This document shows positions 10,227-20,307 of a DNA stretch of 64,000 nt, piece by piece. The stretch comes from Bdellovibrionota bacterium. GTDB taxonomy: Bacteria; Bdellovibrionota_C; UBA2361; JAAYZI01. Location of the stretch: the NCBI GenBank assembly GCA_050950765.1, contig JBMNIF010000003.1, forward strand, positions 448,001 through 512,000, written 5' to 3'. Position numbers and translations under genes: made by a program. The notes under the pieces were generated by a model that was not told the origin of the DNA, searched no databases, and saw only the letters and a program-made list of their open reading frames with translations. The stretch's first letter is position 1; every line of letters begins with the position of its first letter.

Positions 10227-11742
10227 TTAGGGACGGCTGAACGGGCGCGACTGCAGAACGGGATCAGCTAGGTTTAGACGGAGGTCAAAGGTCTGTACGA
10301 GGGTCAAAAATTTGGTGCCACCCTTCAGGGACAGCTGGAACGGGCGCAATTGCAGAATGGGATCAGCTAGGTTTAGACGGAGGTCAAAAATTTGGTGCCA
10401 CCCTTCTTTTTTACCGCTTTGACAGCTTAAGCGACTGGATGAATTTGGTGCCACCCTTCAAGGACGATCGGACGGGCTGCAACTAAAAATCGAATCGGCT
10501 AGGTCTGTACGGGGGTTAAAAATTTGGTGCCACCCTTCAGTGCAGAATCTTGGCTTAAAAGGATAAAGTCTTTAAAATCAATATGTTAGCACCTAACTAA
10601 AAATGGTTAGTTTTGGTGCCACCCACTAGTAAAAGTGGGTGTCCTAATTGGCTGGCAGCGGGGCTTTGGATCTGGTGCCACCCTTCTTTTTTACCGCTTT
10701 GACAGCTTAAGCGACTGGATGAATTTGGTGCCACCCTTCAGGGACAGCTGGAACGGCGCGATTGTAGAATGGGATCAGCTAGGTTTAGACGGAGGTCAAA
10801 GGTCTGGACGGAGGTCAAAAATTTGGTGCCACCCTTCAGTGCAGAATCTTGGCTTAAAAGGATGAAGTCTTTAAAATCAATATGTTAGCACCTAACTAAA
10901 AATGGTTAGTTTTGGTGCCACCCACTAGTAAAAGTGGGTGTCCTAATTGGCTGGCAGCGGGGCTTTGGATCTGGTGCCACCCTTCTTTTTTACCGCTTTG
11001 ACAACTTAAGCGACTGGATGAATTTGGTGCCACCCTTCAGTGCAGAATCTTGGCTTAAAAGGATGAAGTCTTTAAAATCAATATGTTAGCACCTAACTAA
11101 AAATGGTTAGTTTTGGTGCCACCCACTAGTAAAAGTGGGTGTCCTAATTGGCTGGCAGCGGGGCTTTGGATCTGGTGCCACCCTTCTTTTTTACCGCTTT
11201 GACAGCTTAAGCGACTGGATGAATTTGGTGCCACCCTTCAGGGACAGCTGGAACGGCGCGATTGTAGAATGGGATCAGCTAGGTTTAGACGGAGGTCAAA
11301 GGTCTGGACGGAGGTCAAAAATTTGGTGCCACCCTTCAGTGCAGAATCTTGGCTTAAAAGGATGAAGTCTTTAAAATCAATATGTTAGCACCTAACTAAA
11401 AATGGTTAGTTTTGGTGCCACCCACTAGTAAAAGTGGGTGTCCTAATTAGCTTGGGCGGGCTGATACTAAAAAATGAATCAGCTAGATTACGACGGGGGT
11501 AAAAAGTGGGTGTCCTAATTGGCTGGCAGCGGGACTTTAGATCTGGTGCCACCCACTAGGGACGGCAGAATGGGCTGTAACTAAAAACCGAATTGGCTAG
11601 GTCTGTACGGGGGTCAAAAAACTGGTGCCACCCTTCAGGGACGGTTGAACGGACGAGATTGCAGAATGGGATCGGCTAGATCTCTACGGAGGTAAAAAGT
11701 GTCACCCTTTGGCTAGTCAAGCTAGCCTAGAGGGTGATGCAC
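10227..11742 (+). repeat. Mosaic repeat array 1: 18 TGGTGCCACCC cores separating reused modules A/B/C/D
   Basis: Cores at 10313, 10393, 10446, 10525, 10614, 10673, 10726, 10824, 10913, 10972, 11025, 11114, 11173, 11226, 11324, 11413, 11544 and 11623. Lies between convergent genes. Confidence 0.95.
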
Positions 11743-11762
11743 CAGCCACACTAGATCTTTAA

Positions 11763-14075
11763 TTAATCTTTAGTTGCCACCTCTAAAGCCAGTTGTTTAG
11801 AACCCTTTAGATCCAACTTACCGCTACCAAGTAATGGGATATGATCGACACGGTAATAATCCTCAGGCTTCGGGATCCAGATATTAGGAAGTCCTCTCTC
11901 TGCCAACTGTTTTGACAACATTCTGGGATCTATATCATCAAGAATGTGCAAAACTACCAGCCTTTCACCACGTTTAGCATCAGGTACCCCCATCACCACA
12001 CAGACTCGATCTATTCGATCTAAGATCTCATGCAATATCTCTTCAGATTTAATATGCGGTATCATCTCACCAGCAATTTTACTGAAACGGTTTAAGCGAT
12101 CTGTAATATGAATAAAACCATCAGCATCACATACTGCGATATCACCCGTACAATACCAAGAGTCTTTAACGACCTCTTTAGTTAGATCTTCACGTTGATA
12201 ATATCCCATCATAACATTCGGACCCTTAACGTATAATAAGCCTTCTTGATTAGCTCCCAACTCTTGACCGGTCGTAATATCAACAACCTTTACGGTTATC
12301 TGCGGCATAGGTCTACCAACTGTACCTTCCTTAAATCCAACCTGTCCTTTCCAATATCCGGAAACATCGTGCAAATTTACAGAAACAACAGGGGCTGTCT
12401 CTGTACAGCCGTACCCCTCATAAATATTAAGTCCAAACTTCTGATAAAAATCCACAGCAACTTTGCCTTTTAATTTCTCCGCTCCTGAAACTATTGTTTT
12501 AAGAGAAGCAAACTGTTCTTTGGTACATTTCTTAATATAGTTCGCTATAAAGGTCGGAGTTCCGATTAAAAGGGATAGCTTATGCTCTTCAATCGCTTTT
12601 CCTATTGTAGCGGCTTCAAATGGATTGTGATGATAGACCACTTTAAAACCTGCTAGAATCGGCATCCACAAAGCAACTGTATACCCGAAAGAGTGGAAGA
12701 ACGGTAAAATCGCCATCAAACCATCTTTACGATTTAGACTTAAAGCGGAGATAAAGGCCTCAGCATTTGAAGTGATATTATAATGCGAAAGCATCACCCC
12801 TTTAGGCTCTCCCGTGCTACCGCTAGAAAAAATTAACGTAGCTAGATCATCTCTCGAAGGTTTATCTGAGAAGAAAAGTTTTTCCAAAACAACTCTCGGG
12901 AATAAGAGGGTAATTATTTCGTAGCATAATTTTTTAAAACGTTCAGGTCTCTCTATTATATCCTCGACAAAAAGCATCGATTCCGATGGCTGCTTGCCAA
13001 GTTTATTTAATAACTCTCGTGCAGTGATGATTGTCTCCATCCCTGTTTGTTTTTTTACAGACTCAATAAACTCATCAGGCACAGTGTAATTTAAATTAAC
13101 AGGAATCTTACCTACAAAGTATAAAGCGATATTGGTCAAGGTTGACTGAACAGAGGGTGGCAACATCACTCCGACAAACTTCGATGAAGATTCGCGCAAT
13201 TCCTTCTTTAATTTTCTACTCAATAGCAATGCTGCAGCCAACACTTGCAGATAATTTAATTTAAACCCATTAGCATTCGCCATTGCAAAGCGAAACGGAG
13301 ATCTCGAAGCCGTTTTCAGAAACGCTAGCGGCAAAACGCCAAAGACCTCTTTTCTATAACATGCCACATCAGCCCCCAACTCCTGCACTGCACGCCGTGC
13401 TTCATACGGAGTCGCTGCTTCTTTTATCGGAGCGCCGAAAGCAACCGTCATCGGATACGGTATCTCTTGCGGCAATGTACAACGAATATTACTGTTAAAT
13501 AAATTGCATTTTATGCCCCAAACTTTATCCAGATAAACTGGGATCACCGGAGCATCACTATTTTTTCTAATCCACCTAAAACCACTAGTAAACGGCAACA
13601 TATTACCAACTCGTTGCACATGCCCTTCTGCAAAGATAACTATCAGTTCACCGTTTCTAACGGCTTGTGCAGCTTCACCAAGTGACTTAAGGCTTTCTCG
13701 AGTACACTTAGCTGGAATCGGGATGACACGCATTAATTTTGTTAACGGTTTTATCAACGGTTTATTAGCGATCCGCTCATAAACTAAAAATCGCACAGGA
13801 CGTTTTATTACCGCTGCCAATATCAACGGGTCAAAATACGAAACGTGATTACAAACTAAGATAGCTCCTCCGCTCTGAGGGATATTTTCATCACCTACAA
13901 TTTTCAGTTTGTAAATAAAGCGGATTATCAACCAATTCATTTTGGTAATAAAAAAACGTGGACAGATCAACAGAGCTGCAAGCACAAGAGCAGCTAGGAC
14001 AGCCATTGTTTCCAGTAAAATCCCAAAATAAAAAAGAACAATTAAAAGTATTTCAATAGTAGCAACAATTATCAT
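11763..14075 (-). CDS. aas: Aas-like bifunctional acyltransferase / acyl-ACP synthetase (copy 1)
   Basis: NHVSYFD and FAEG (PlsC); FSSGSTGEPKG, EGYGCTE and TGD (AMP-binding). Confidence 0.85.
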   Translation of the reverse strand: MIIVATIEILLIVLFYFGILLETMAVLAALVLAALLICPRFFITKMNWLIIRFIYKLKIVGDENIPQSGGAILVCNHVSYFDPLILAAVIKRPVRFLVYERIANKPLIKPLTKLMRVIPIPAKCTRESLKSLGEAAQAVRNGELIVIFAEGHVQRVGNMLPFTSGFRWIRKNSDAPVIPVYLDKVWGIKCNLFNSNIRCTLPQEIPYPMTVAFGAPIKEAATPYEARRAVQELGADVACYRKEVFGVLPLAFLKTASRSPFRFAMANANGFKLNYLQVLAAALLLSRKLKKELRESSSKFVGVMLPPSVQSTLTNIALYFVGKIPVNLNYTVPDEFIESVKKQTGMETIITARELLNKLGKQPSESMLFVEDIIERPERFKKLCYEIITLLFPRVVLEKLFFSDKPSRDDLATLIFSSGSTGEPKGVMLSHYNITSNAEAFISALSLNRKDGLMAILPFFHSFGYTVALWMPILAGFKVVYHHNPFEAATIGKAIEEHKLSLLIGTPTFIANYIKKCTKEQFASLKTIVSGAEKLKGKVAVDFYQKFGLNIYEGYGCTETAPVVSVNLHDVSGYWKGQVGFKEGTVGRPMPQITVKVVDITTGQELGANQEGLLYVKGPNVMMGYYQREDLTKEVVKDSWYCTGDIAVCDADGFIHITDRLNRFSKIAGEMIPHIKSEEILHEILDRIDRVCVVMGVPDAKRGERLVVLHILDDIDPRMLSKQLAERGLPNIWIPKPEDYYRVDHIPLLGSGKLDLKGSKQLALEVATKD

Positions 14076-14132
14076 CGAAATAAAAAATCCTAAAAAACAT
14101 TTACAATATTAAACACTACAAAAAAAACGATT

Positions 14133-16463
14133 TTAAGCACTTGCCTTTTTCTGACTCGCCAACTCTAACGCCATCTGCTTTGCTTTCCTTAAATCTAATT
14201 TACCACTTCCCAGAAGCGGCATCTCTTCCACCCTATAATAATCCTCCGGCTTCGGAATCCACAAGTTCGGCAAACCGTGCTCCGACATTAACTTTGAAAG
14301 GTGTCTCGGATCAATCTCATCTAGCAGATGTAATACTACTAGGCGCTCTCCTCTCTTACCATCAGGCACACCAGTCACAACACAAACTCGTTCAGACTTA
14401 TCAAGCAACTCATGAAAAAGCTCTTCTGCTTTAATATGCGGCACCATTTCACCAGCAATCTTACTAAAACGACTTAAACGATCCGTTATTTTAATAAAGC
14501 CTTCATCATCACACATCGCGATATCGCCCGTGCAATACCAAGAGTCTTTCATTACCTCGCGCGTCAAATCTTCCCTACCCAAATACCCCATCATTACATT
14601 AGAGCCTTTAATGTATAGAAGCCCTTCCTGATTAGCTTCAAGCTCCTCTCCCGTATCTACATCTAAAATCTTAGCTGCTATCTGCGGCATTGGTCTACCA
14701 ACTGTGCCTTCTTTATAGCCGAGCTGTCCTTTCCAATATCCAGAAACATCTTTTAAATTTACGGAAACTACCGGTGAGAGTTCTGTGCAACCGTAACCTT
14801 CATGAATATTAATCCCGAATTTATCGTAAAAATCGACAGCCACACCTTTCTTTAACTTTTCAGCGCCAGCGATCGCTAAGCGCAGATACGAAAACTGTTC
14901 CTTAGTACATTTTTTAGTATACGCAGCAAAGAAAGTAGGCGTTCCAACGATTAAAGTCACCTTATGATCTTCCATAGCTTGTCCAATGGTGCTCGCATCA
15001 AAGGGACTGAAATGATAAACGACTTTAGCTCCAGATAATAGCGGCAACCACAAACAGACTGTAAAGCCAAATGAATGAAAAAACGGCAAGATGCCTATTA
15101 ATGTATCCTTACGCCCGATATGCAAAGAAGCTAAAAAACTCTCAATATCAGAAGCGATATTATCATGTGACAACATCACGCCTTTGGGTTCGCCTGTACT
15201 ACCACTTGAGAAAACTAAGGTTGCCAAATCATATCTCGACGGCTTTTCCGTTAGATAAAGTTTCTTAATCAGAAACTGCGGCATCAGCAAAGCGATAGAG
15301 ACATGTTTCAATTTCTCCCAAGTAGACAGCCCTCCTAAAAGATCTTCTAAAAAGAGCATTGAAGGGAGCGCCTGCTTATTAAGTTTTTCTAAAAATTTTT
15401 TAGAGGTGACAATCGTCTGCATCCCCGTTTGCTTTTCTACTGAAAGTAAAAATTTATCAGAAGCTGTATAATTTAAATTAACAGGTATTTTTCCTATGAA
15501 ATACAGGGCGATATTGATCAACACGGCCTCTACGGAAGGTGGCAACATAATCCCGACAAATTTAGATTCAGATGGTGGAATAGTCTGCTTTAAAATCTTT
15601 GCAGAGAGTAATGACATCCCTAGCACCTGCATATAATTCAAACTACGTCCTGTGGCGTTCGCCATCGCCTTGCGAAAAGGAGCTCGCTTGGCAGTCCTCA
15701 AAAAAGCTAAGTGCAATACCTGAAAAACTTCTTTTTTATACGGTGCAACATCAGCTCCCAATTCCTGAACGATACGACGTATTTTATAGGCACTACACTC
15801 TTCTTTAATGGGTTCTCCAAAAGCCACTGTCATCGGATACGGCAACTCTTTTGGCATATTGCAATGAAACTTTCCTTCAAAGAAAACCCAGTTTGTCCCC
15901 CAAACGCGATCAATATAAACAGGAATTATCGGAGCATTGCTTTCTCGTCTGATACGGTTAAAGCCGGTTGTAAATGACAACATCGTACCGACTCGTTGCA
16001 CATGTCCTTCAGCAAAGATAACGACTAATTCTCCGTTTTTTACAGCGTCTGCGGCCATATCTAAAGCTCGTACGCTATCTCTATTACATTTTGCTGGGAT
16101 CGGAATCGCCTTGACAGCTTTCGCTATAGGTTTTACGAACCATGTGTTATAAATCGCATCATACACCAAAAAACGAACAGGTCTGTTCATAGAAGCGGAT
16201 AGAATCAACGGGTCTAAGTAAGAAACATGATTACAAACAAGGATTGCTCCGCCATCTTTCGGAATGTTTTCAAGACCTATAATTTTTAACTTATAAACGA
16301 TCCTGATAATAAATCGGGTCAACGCCAAGATCGTACGTTGCGGAGCAATAACAGCGCATAACACCACTATCAAAGTTATTATTAAAAGTGTCTGTAATAG
16401 AATTCCTAATTTTAATAAAAGTAGGAGTAGTGCAAGGGGAAGTAGAAGTATAATTATAGTCAT
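14133..16463 (-). CDS. aas: Aas-like bifunctional acyltransferase / acyl-ACP synthetase (copy 2)
   Basis: Same motifs as copy 1; tandem paralogue. Confidence 0.85.
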   Translation of the reverse strand: MTIIILLLPLALLLLLLKLGILLQTLLIITLIVVLCAVIAPQRTILALTRFIIRIVYKLKIIGLENIPKDGGAILVCNHVSYLDPLILSASMNRPVRFLVYDAIYNTWFVKPIAKAVKAIPIPAKCNRDSVRALDMAADAVKNGELVVIFAEGHVQRVGTMLSFTTGFNRIRRESNAPIIPVYIDRVWGTNWVFFEGKFHCNMPKELPYPMTVAFGEPIKEECSAYKIRRIVQELGADVAPYKKEVFQVLHLAFLRTAKRAPFRKAMANATGRSLNYMQVLGMSLLSAKILKQTIPPSESKFVGIMLPPSVEAVLINIALYFIGKIPVNLNYTASDKFLLSVEKQTGMQTIVTSKKFLEKLNKQALPSMLFLEDLLGGLSTWEKLKHVSIALLMPQFLIKKLYLTEKPSRYDLATLVFSSGSTGEPKGVMLSHDNIASDIESFLASLHIGRKDTLIGILPFFHSFGFTVCLWLPLLSGAKVVYHFSPFDASTIGQAMEDHKVTLIVGTPTFFAAYTKKCTKEQFSYLRLAIAGAEKLKKGVAVDFYDKFGINIHEGYGCTELSPVVSVNLKDVSGYWKGQLGYKEGTVGRPMPQIAAKILDVDTGEELEANQEGLLYIKGSNVMMGYLGREDLTREVMKDSWYCTGDIAMCDDEGFIKITDRLSRFSKIAGEMVPHIKAEELFHELLDKSERVCVVTGVPDGKRGERLVVLHLLDEIDPRHLSKLMSEHGLPNLWIPKPEDYYRVEEMPLLGSGKLDLRKAKQMALELASQKKASA

Positions 16464-16748
16464 AGGACAATACTAAAGATAAAAAAACCACACATACCTT
16501 TGAGCTGATATCAGATCAATTCATCTTTAAAAAAGTTCTAAATAAAAAATCCAAATAAAACAGAGCATCTCGCCTTCAAAATAACCCCAGCAGATAATTG
16601 AAGGACATACAAGCTAGCGGCTATTATATTGATTAACGAGATCCTTAATTCTATCTATCTTATTTCGCTTTAAACCTAAACTCCCCCGAAATTATACAAG
16701 GGTGATATTTTTATTCACAAACTCCCTTGAAATTATACGAGAGGGAGT

Positions 16749-18356
16749 TTATTTATTTTTTGCAAACAATGTCCTGACAAAATCTCCTTCATCCATATCA
16801 AACAAAGTGAGTATATCTTTTTGTTTTCTAGAAAGAGGTGCCATGAGTTTCGTTTCTCTATCGTTATAATTTACTTTTCTTACTTTCCTCATTTCATTGA
16901 GAAGTTTTTTCGTTGAGGAAACCGGCTTTTTACTTTCTGTTCCCAAATGATTACATAAATCTGCTTGCAAGATTTGAGCTAAAAAGCCTATGAAGAACTT
17001 TCCTTGCGTACTTTGGTCGTTGTGGGTTCTGAATCTTGAGAAATCAATATTGTTTTTCATGCTGTCATAATTTTTTTCAATTCGATCTCTTTGTCTATAC
17101 AGGGTTAAAACTTCTTCCCAACTCAATGCTTCCACATTGGTTAAAATCCCGAACATGCCTAAGATCTTCCAGCTTTCAGTAATTGCTGTAAGATCTTTTT
17201 CATAGCTTTTCAAGATTTCATTTTCTACTTCGGTATTGAAATAGGAGAGGCGTTTCTTTCTTTTCTTTTTCCCTAAGGATTTCGTCAAAGCCTCTTCATC
17301 TCGTTTTAATTTTGCTCCAAAAATCACTTCTTCATCTCTGGCTTTTTCCGTGTTGAAATATGAGCACGCATAGAGCCGATGTCCCTCTATGTCAACTTCT
17401 TTTTTATGCCCATAGCATTCCAATTCGACTGAATAGTTCTCAGCTGAACGTATATGATCCGCTTCGTTGAGTAAAATTGCTTCATAGATGTTTTGGCTAC
17501 TTGGAAAAGCTATGATAAATTGAATGCCTCCATCTCCGTGAAGCAAGTCTAAGTTGTTGCTTGTGATAAATCCTCGATCCATAATGAAGATAACGGAACT
17601 TAAGCCAAACTCCTTGGCTAAGTTGAGCATTGACCCAATATGAACCTTGTCGGGAATTGACCCATCATAAAGTTCATAGCATAAGGGTAAATTCAACTTT
17701 TGTGAATAAAGCAAACCGACGTTGATTTGCTCTAATTTTTCATGGTCTCGATTGTAGCCCATCTGAGCAAATTCAAGATTTTCACTATATGTGGAAATGC
17801 TTGTAACGTCATAAGCGACTACATCGTTTTTCGTTTTATTCAAGTCGATCCATGTTTTAAAAAACTCCCAAATTTTCTCCTTGGAAATCCATTGATACAC
17901 TTCGTTCAAATGTTTTTCGGATACAAAGCAATCAAAAGGCAGATCCGAAGATTCGTAAAAATCATCCAGATACATCATCACATTTCCTTCACAAACCATG
18001 TAAAAAGCTGTTGTCAGAAGTTTTTGATAATCCTCCGGAAATACTTCTTTAAGAGCTTTTGTTAATTGCAACTCCTCAGCTCTCTCATTGAGCAGGTGAG
18101 TATGACCTGAATCTAAAAACTTATTCACATTTTTTTCTCTTGGATGCGGCAGGTTAAACAAATCAAAATAATGGTCATTAGGAAACATAGTTTTCGGTTC
18201 TTCTTCGTTTAATCTTCCGATCGCCTTATCTCTATGTGACCAATTTCCATTTTTTGTCTGGTAATGCTCGTAAATGTAGTAGACATAGCGATGGTTTCCT
18301 GATTTTTTGATAGAGGTTTTTTGTGGAACATCAACTGTATTTTTATAAATTGCCAT
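16749..18356 (-). CDS. IS1634-family DDE transposase
   Basis: YDVTSISTYS, GYNRD, MDRGF and Y..RD.IEK motifs. Likely start ATG 18356 after AAGGGTGA; the ORF track extends to 18404. Confidence 0.85.
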   Translation of the reverse strand: MAIYKNTVDVPQKTSIKKSGNHRYVYYIYEHYQTKNGNWSHRDKAIGRLNEEEPKTMFPNDHYFDLFNLPHPREKNVNKFLDSGHTHLLNERAEELQLTKALKEVFPEDYQKLLTTAFYMVCEGNVMMYLDDFYESSDLPFDCFVSEKHLNEVYQWISKEKIWEFFKTWIDLNKTKNDVVAYDVTSISTYSENLEFAQMGYNRDHEKLEQINVGLLYSQKLNLPLCYELYDGSIPDKVHIGSMLNLAKEFGLSSVIFIMDRGFITSNNLDLLHGDGGIQFIIAFPSSQNIYEAILLNEADHIRSAENYSVELECYGHKKEVDIEGHRLYACSYFNTEKARDEEVIFGAKLKRDEEALTKSLGKKKRKKRLSYFNTEVENEILKSYEKDLTAITESWKILGMFGILTNVEALSWEEVLTLYRQRDRIEKNYDSMKNNIDFSRFRTHNDQSTQGKFFIGFLAQILQADLCNHLGTESKKPVSSTKKLLNEMRKVRKVNYNDRETKLMAPLSRKQKDILTLFDMDEGDFVRTLFAKNK

Positions 18357-18414
18357 ATCAATCACCCTTGTATATATTATACACAATAGGGAGGAAAATA
18401 TCAAGAGAGTTTTT

Positions 18415-18464
18415 TAAAAAAATATCGCATAAAAGCTCGTAAAAATGAGCGTTTATGCGATATT
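18415..18464 (-). terminator. Terminator-like hairpin inside the IS, upstream of the transposase
   Basis: AATATCGCATAAA...TTTATGCGATATT stem followed by a T run on the minus strand. Confidence 0.55.
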
Positions 18465-18736
18465 TGAGTCGCTAATAATAGCTACAGTGTATAAAAAACG
18501 GGGATTTTAGGTTTAAAATGCAGATCATCGAAAAACCACACGACAAAAAGCTTCAGATCTTTATTAAAAAAGCTCTAAAAAGTCGAAGCTTCTTATAACT
18601 GAAACTTTATTTGATAGTAACCCTTGCAATCCCCTAAGATGATTTTTAGCGACTGTCTAAAAAGATCTGTTGAGATAATATCTTGAAATAACTAATTTTT
18701 TCTAAATATTCAAATTAGAGCAACCATTCTTCCAAA

Positions 18737-19105
18737 GGTGGCACCGCCACCCTTCAGGGACAACTGAACGGGGTGATACTAAAAAATAAGTCAACTAGAT
18801 TACGACGGAGGTTAAGAGTGGGTGTCCTAATTGGAGAGCGAGATCGGTTAGGTTTCGACGGAGGTTAAAAATTTGGTGCCACCCTTCAGTGCTAAAAGAC
18901 TCTAAAATTGCAATAGTTAGTAATATCAGTATGTTAGTAAAAGCTCAGAATTCGGCAGTTTTGGTGCCACCCAACAGAGGGGAGCCGCCACCCACTAGGG
19001 ACAATTGAACGGGGTGATACTGCAAAACGAACTGGTTAGATTTCTACGGAGGTTAAAAGGTGGGTGTCCTAAAAAGAAGAAAGTATCTACACTCGGGGGT
19101 CAGGA
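18737..19105 (+). repeat. Mosaic repeat array 2 (modules A, E and terminal module)
   Basis: Cores at 18874 and 18962 (88 bp apart), two GTGGGTGTCC cores and A modules. Confidence 0.9.
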
Positions 19106-19113
19106 GGTCGACA

Positions 19114-20229
19114 ATGAATCAAAAAATACGTGCAGTTATTATGTGTGGAGGATCGGGGACCCGCCTTGCCCCACTTACAACAGAAACCCCCAAACAATTT
19201 TTACCGTTATCAGATCCACACGCTAGCATGATTCAACTTACTGCTAAGCGCATCCAACCCCTTATCACAGATGCTCTTACGGTTGTAACGAACGCCAAGC
19301 AAGCACACTGGGTTAAGGAGCAACTTCCACAAGCACAGATCATTCTTGAGCCTGAGCCGCGTAACACTGCACCAGCCATAGGGTTAACTGCGCTCTATAT
19401 GGATCCTGATGATGTCATGTTAGTTTTTCCGGCAGATCATATCTTTGCTAATGAGGAGATCTTGCGTGAACGTTTAGGTTATGCCGCAACCCTTGCCGCA
19501 TCAAACGACCTACTTGTGACATTGGGAATGCTTCCGACACATCCGCACACAGGCTTGGGGCATATTGAGAGGTCTGTTGCCATAGACAATTCACGCGCAA
19601 GCTACCGAGTGGCTCGCTTTGTTGAAAAACCTCCTTACGAAAAAGCCAAAGAGTACACCGAATCAGGGAGGTACTATTGGAATGGCGGGATGTTTGCTTG
19701 GCGCGTTGGGTTCTTTTTAGAACGCATGGCTCTTTGCGCTAAAGATCTCTACGCAGGTTTAATGCAGATTAAAGAATCTAAGTTAAGCCCTGATGTCATC
19801 GCAGAAATTTTCCCTCGTCTTCCGAAAATTTCTGTTGATTACGCCATCCTTGAGAAAAGTGCGGAATATACTGCCGTTATTGAGTGCAAAGATTTAGGTT
19901 GGAACGATTTAGGTGACTGGTCTGTACTTGGAGCGATCTGGGATAAAGATTCAAACGGTAATGCCATTAGAGGATCCGTCACTGTATCCGACTGTTCTAA
20001 TTGTGTTATGTGCAATCAAGGGCTAGGAGATCTTTCGGTATCAGGTTTACACGATGCCGTCATAGTCAAAGCACAAAACAGACTCCTGATCTCTCCGCGC
20101 AAAAGCACTCAACTTGTTGGCAAAACTGCTGAGACCTTTGCTTCCTGCACTGACACGGTCATAAACTTAGGAGTACCAAATATCTCGATAACGCAAAAAG
20201 ACAAGCGATGGATTATCGCTGCTAACTAA
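19114..20229 (+). CDS. manC: Mannose-1-phosphate guanylyltransferase
   Basis: GGSGTRL.P, PKQF, EPEPRNTAPA, PADH, FVEKP, WNGGMF and WNDLGDW motifs. ATG 19114 follows AGGAGG. Confidence 0.9.
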   Translation: MNQKIRAVIMCGGSGTRLAPLTTETPKQFLPLSDPHASMIQLTAKRIQPLITDALTVVTNAKQAHWVKEQLPQAQIILEPEPRNTAPAIGLTALYMDPDDVMLVFPADHIFANEEILRERLGYAATLAASNDLLVTLGMLPTHPHTGLGHIERSVAIDNSRASYRVARFVEKPPYEKAKEYTESGRYYWNGGMFAWRVGFFLERMALCAKDLYAGLMQIKESKLSPDVIAEIFPRLPKISVDYAILEKSAEYTAVIECKDLGWNDLGDWSVLGAIWDKDSNGNAIRGSVTVSDCSNCVMCNQGLGDLSVSGLHDAVIVKAQNRLLISPRKSTQLVGKTAETFASCTDTVINLGVPNISITQKDKRWIIAAN

Positions 20230-20307
20230 AACGGCACTGTGTATAATTCTTAGTTATTAGCGTAAGATGCCTTTTTATTTTTCGTTTGAGGTCGAACAAT
20301 AGGTACT

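Larger units (their letters stand above)
16675..18511 (-). mobile_element. IS1634-family insertion sequence
   Basis: Terminal IRs CCTAAACTCCCCCG and CGGGGATTTTAGG, flanked by TTTAAA on both sides (16669-16674 and 18512-18517); single DDE transposase. Confidence 0.85.

Noticed and set aside
10635..11365. Short ORFs inside the arrays (e.g. MGVLIGWQRG..., also 10227, 49512, 60023, 60369)
   Set aside because: They are translations of the repeats; frames are not preserved across modules and there is no RBS.
10313..11634. CRISPR array interpretation (also for the 25.7 and 59.9 kb arrays)
   Set aside because: The repeat is only about 11 bp, the intervening segments vary from about 20 to 120 bp and are reused within and between loci, and there are no cas genes in the window.
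16675..18511. IS1634 transposase as the mobiliser of the repeat arrays
   Set aside because: Its IRs and TTTAAA target share no sequence with the cores, and no such ends were seen at the arrays.
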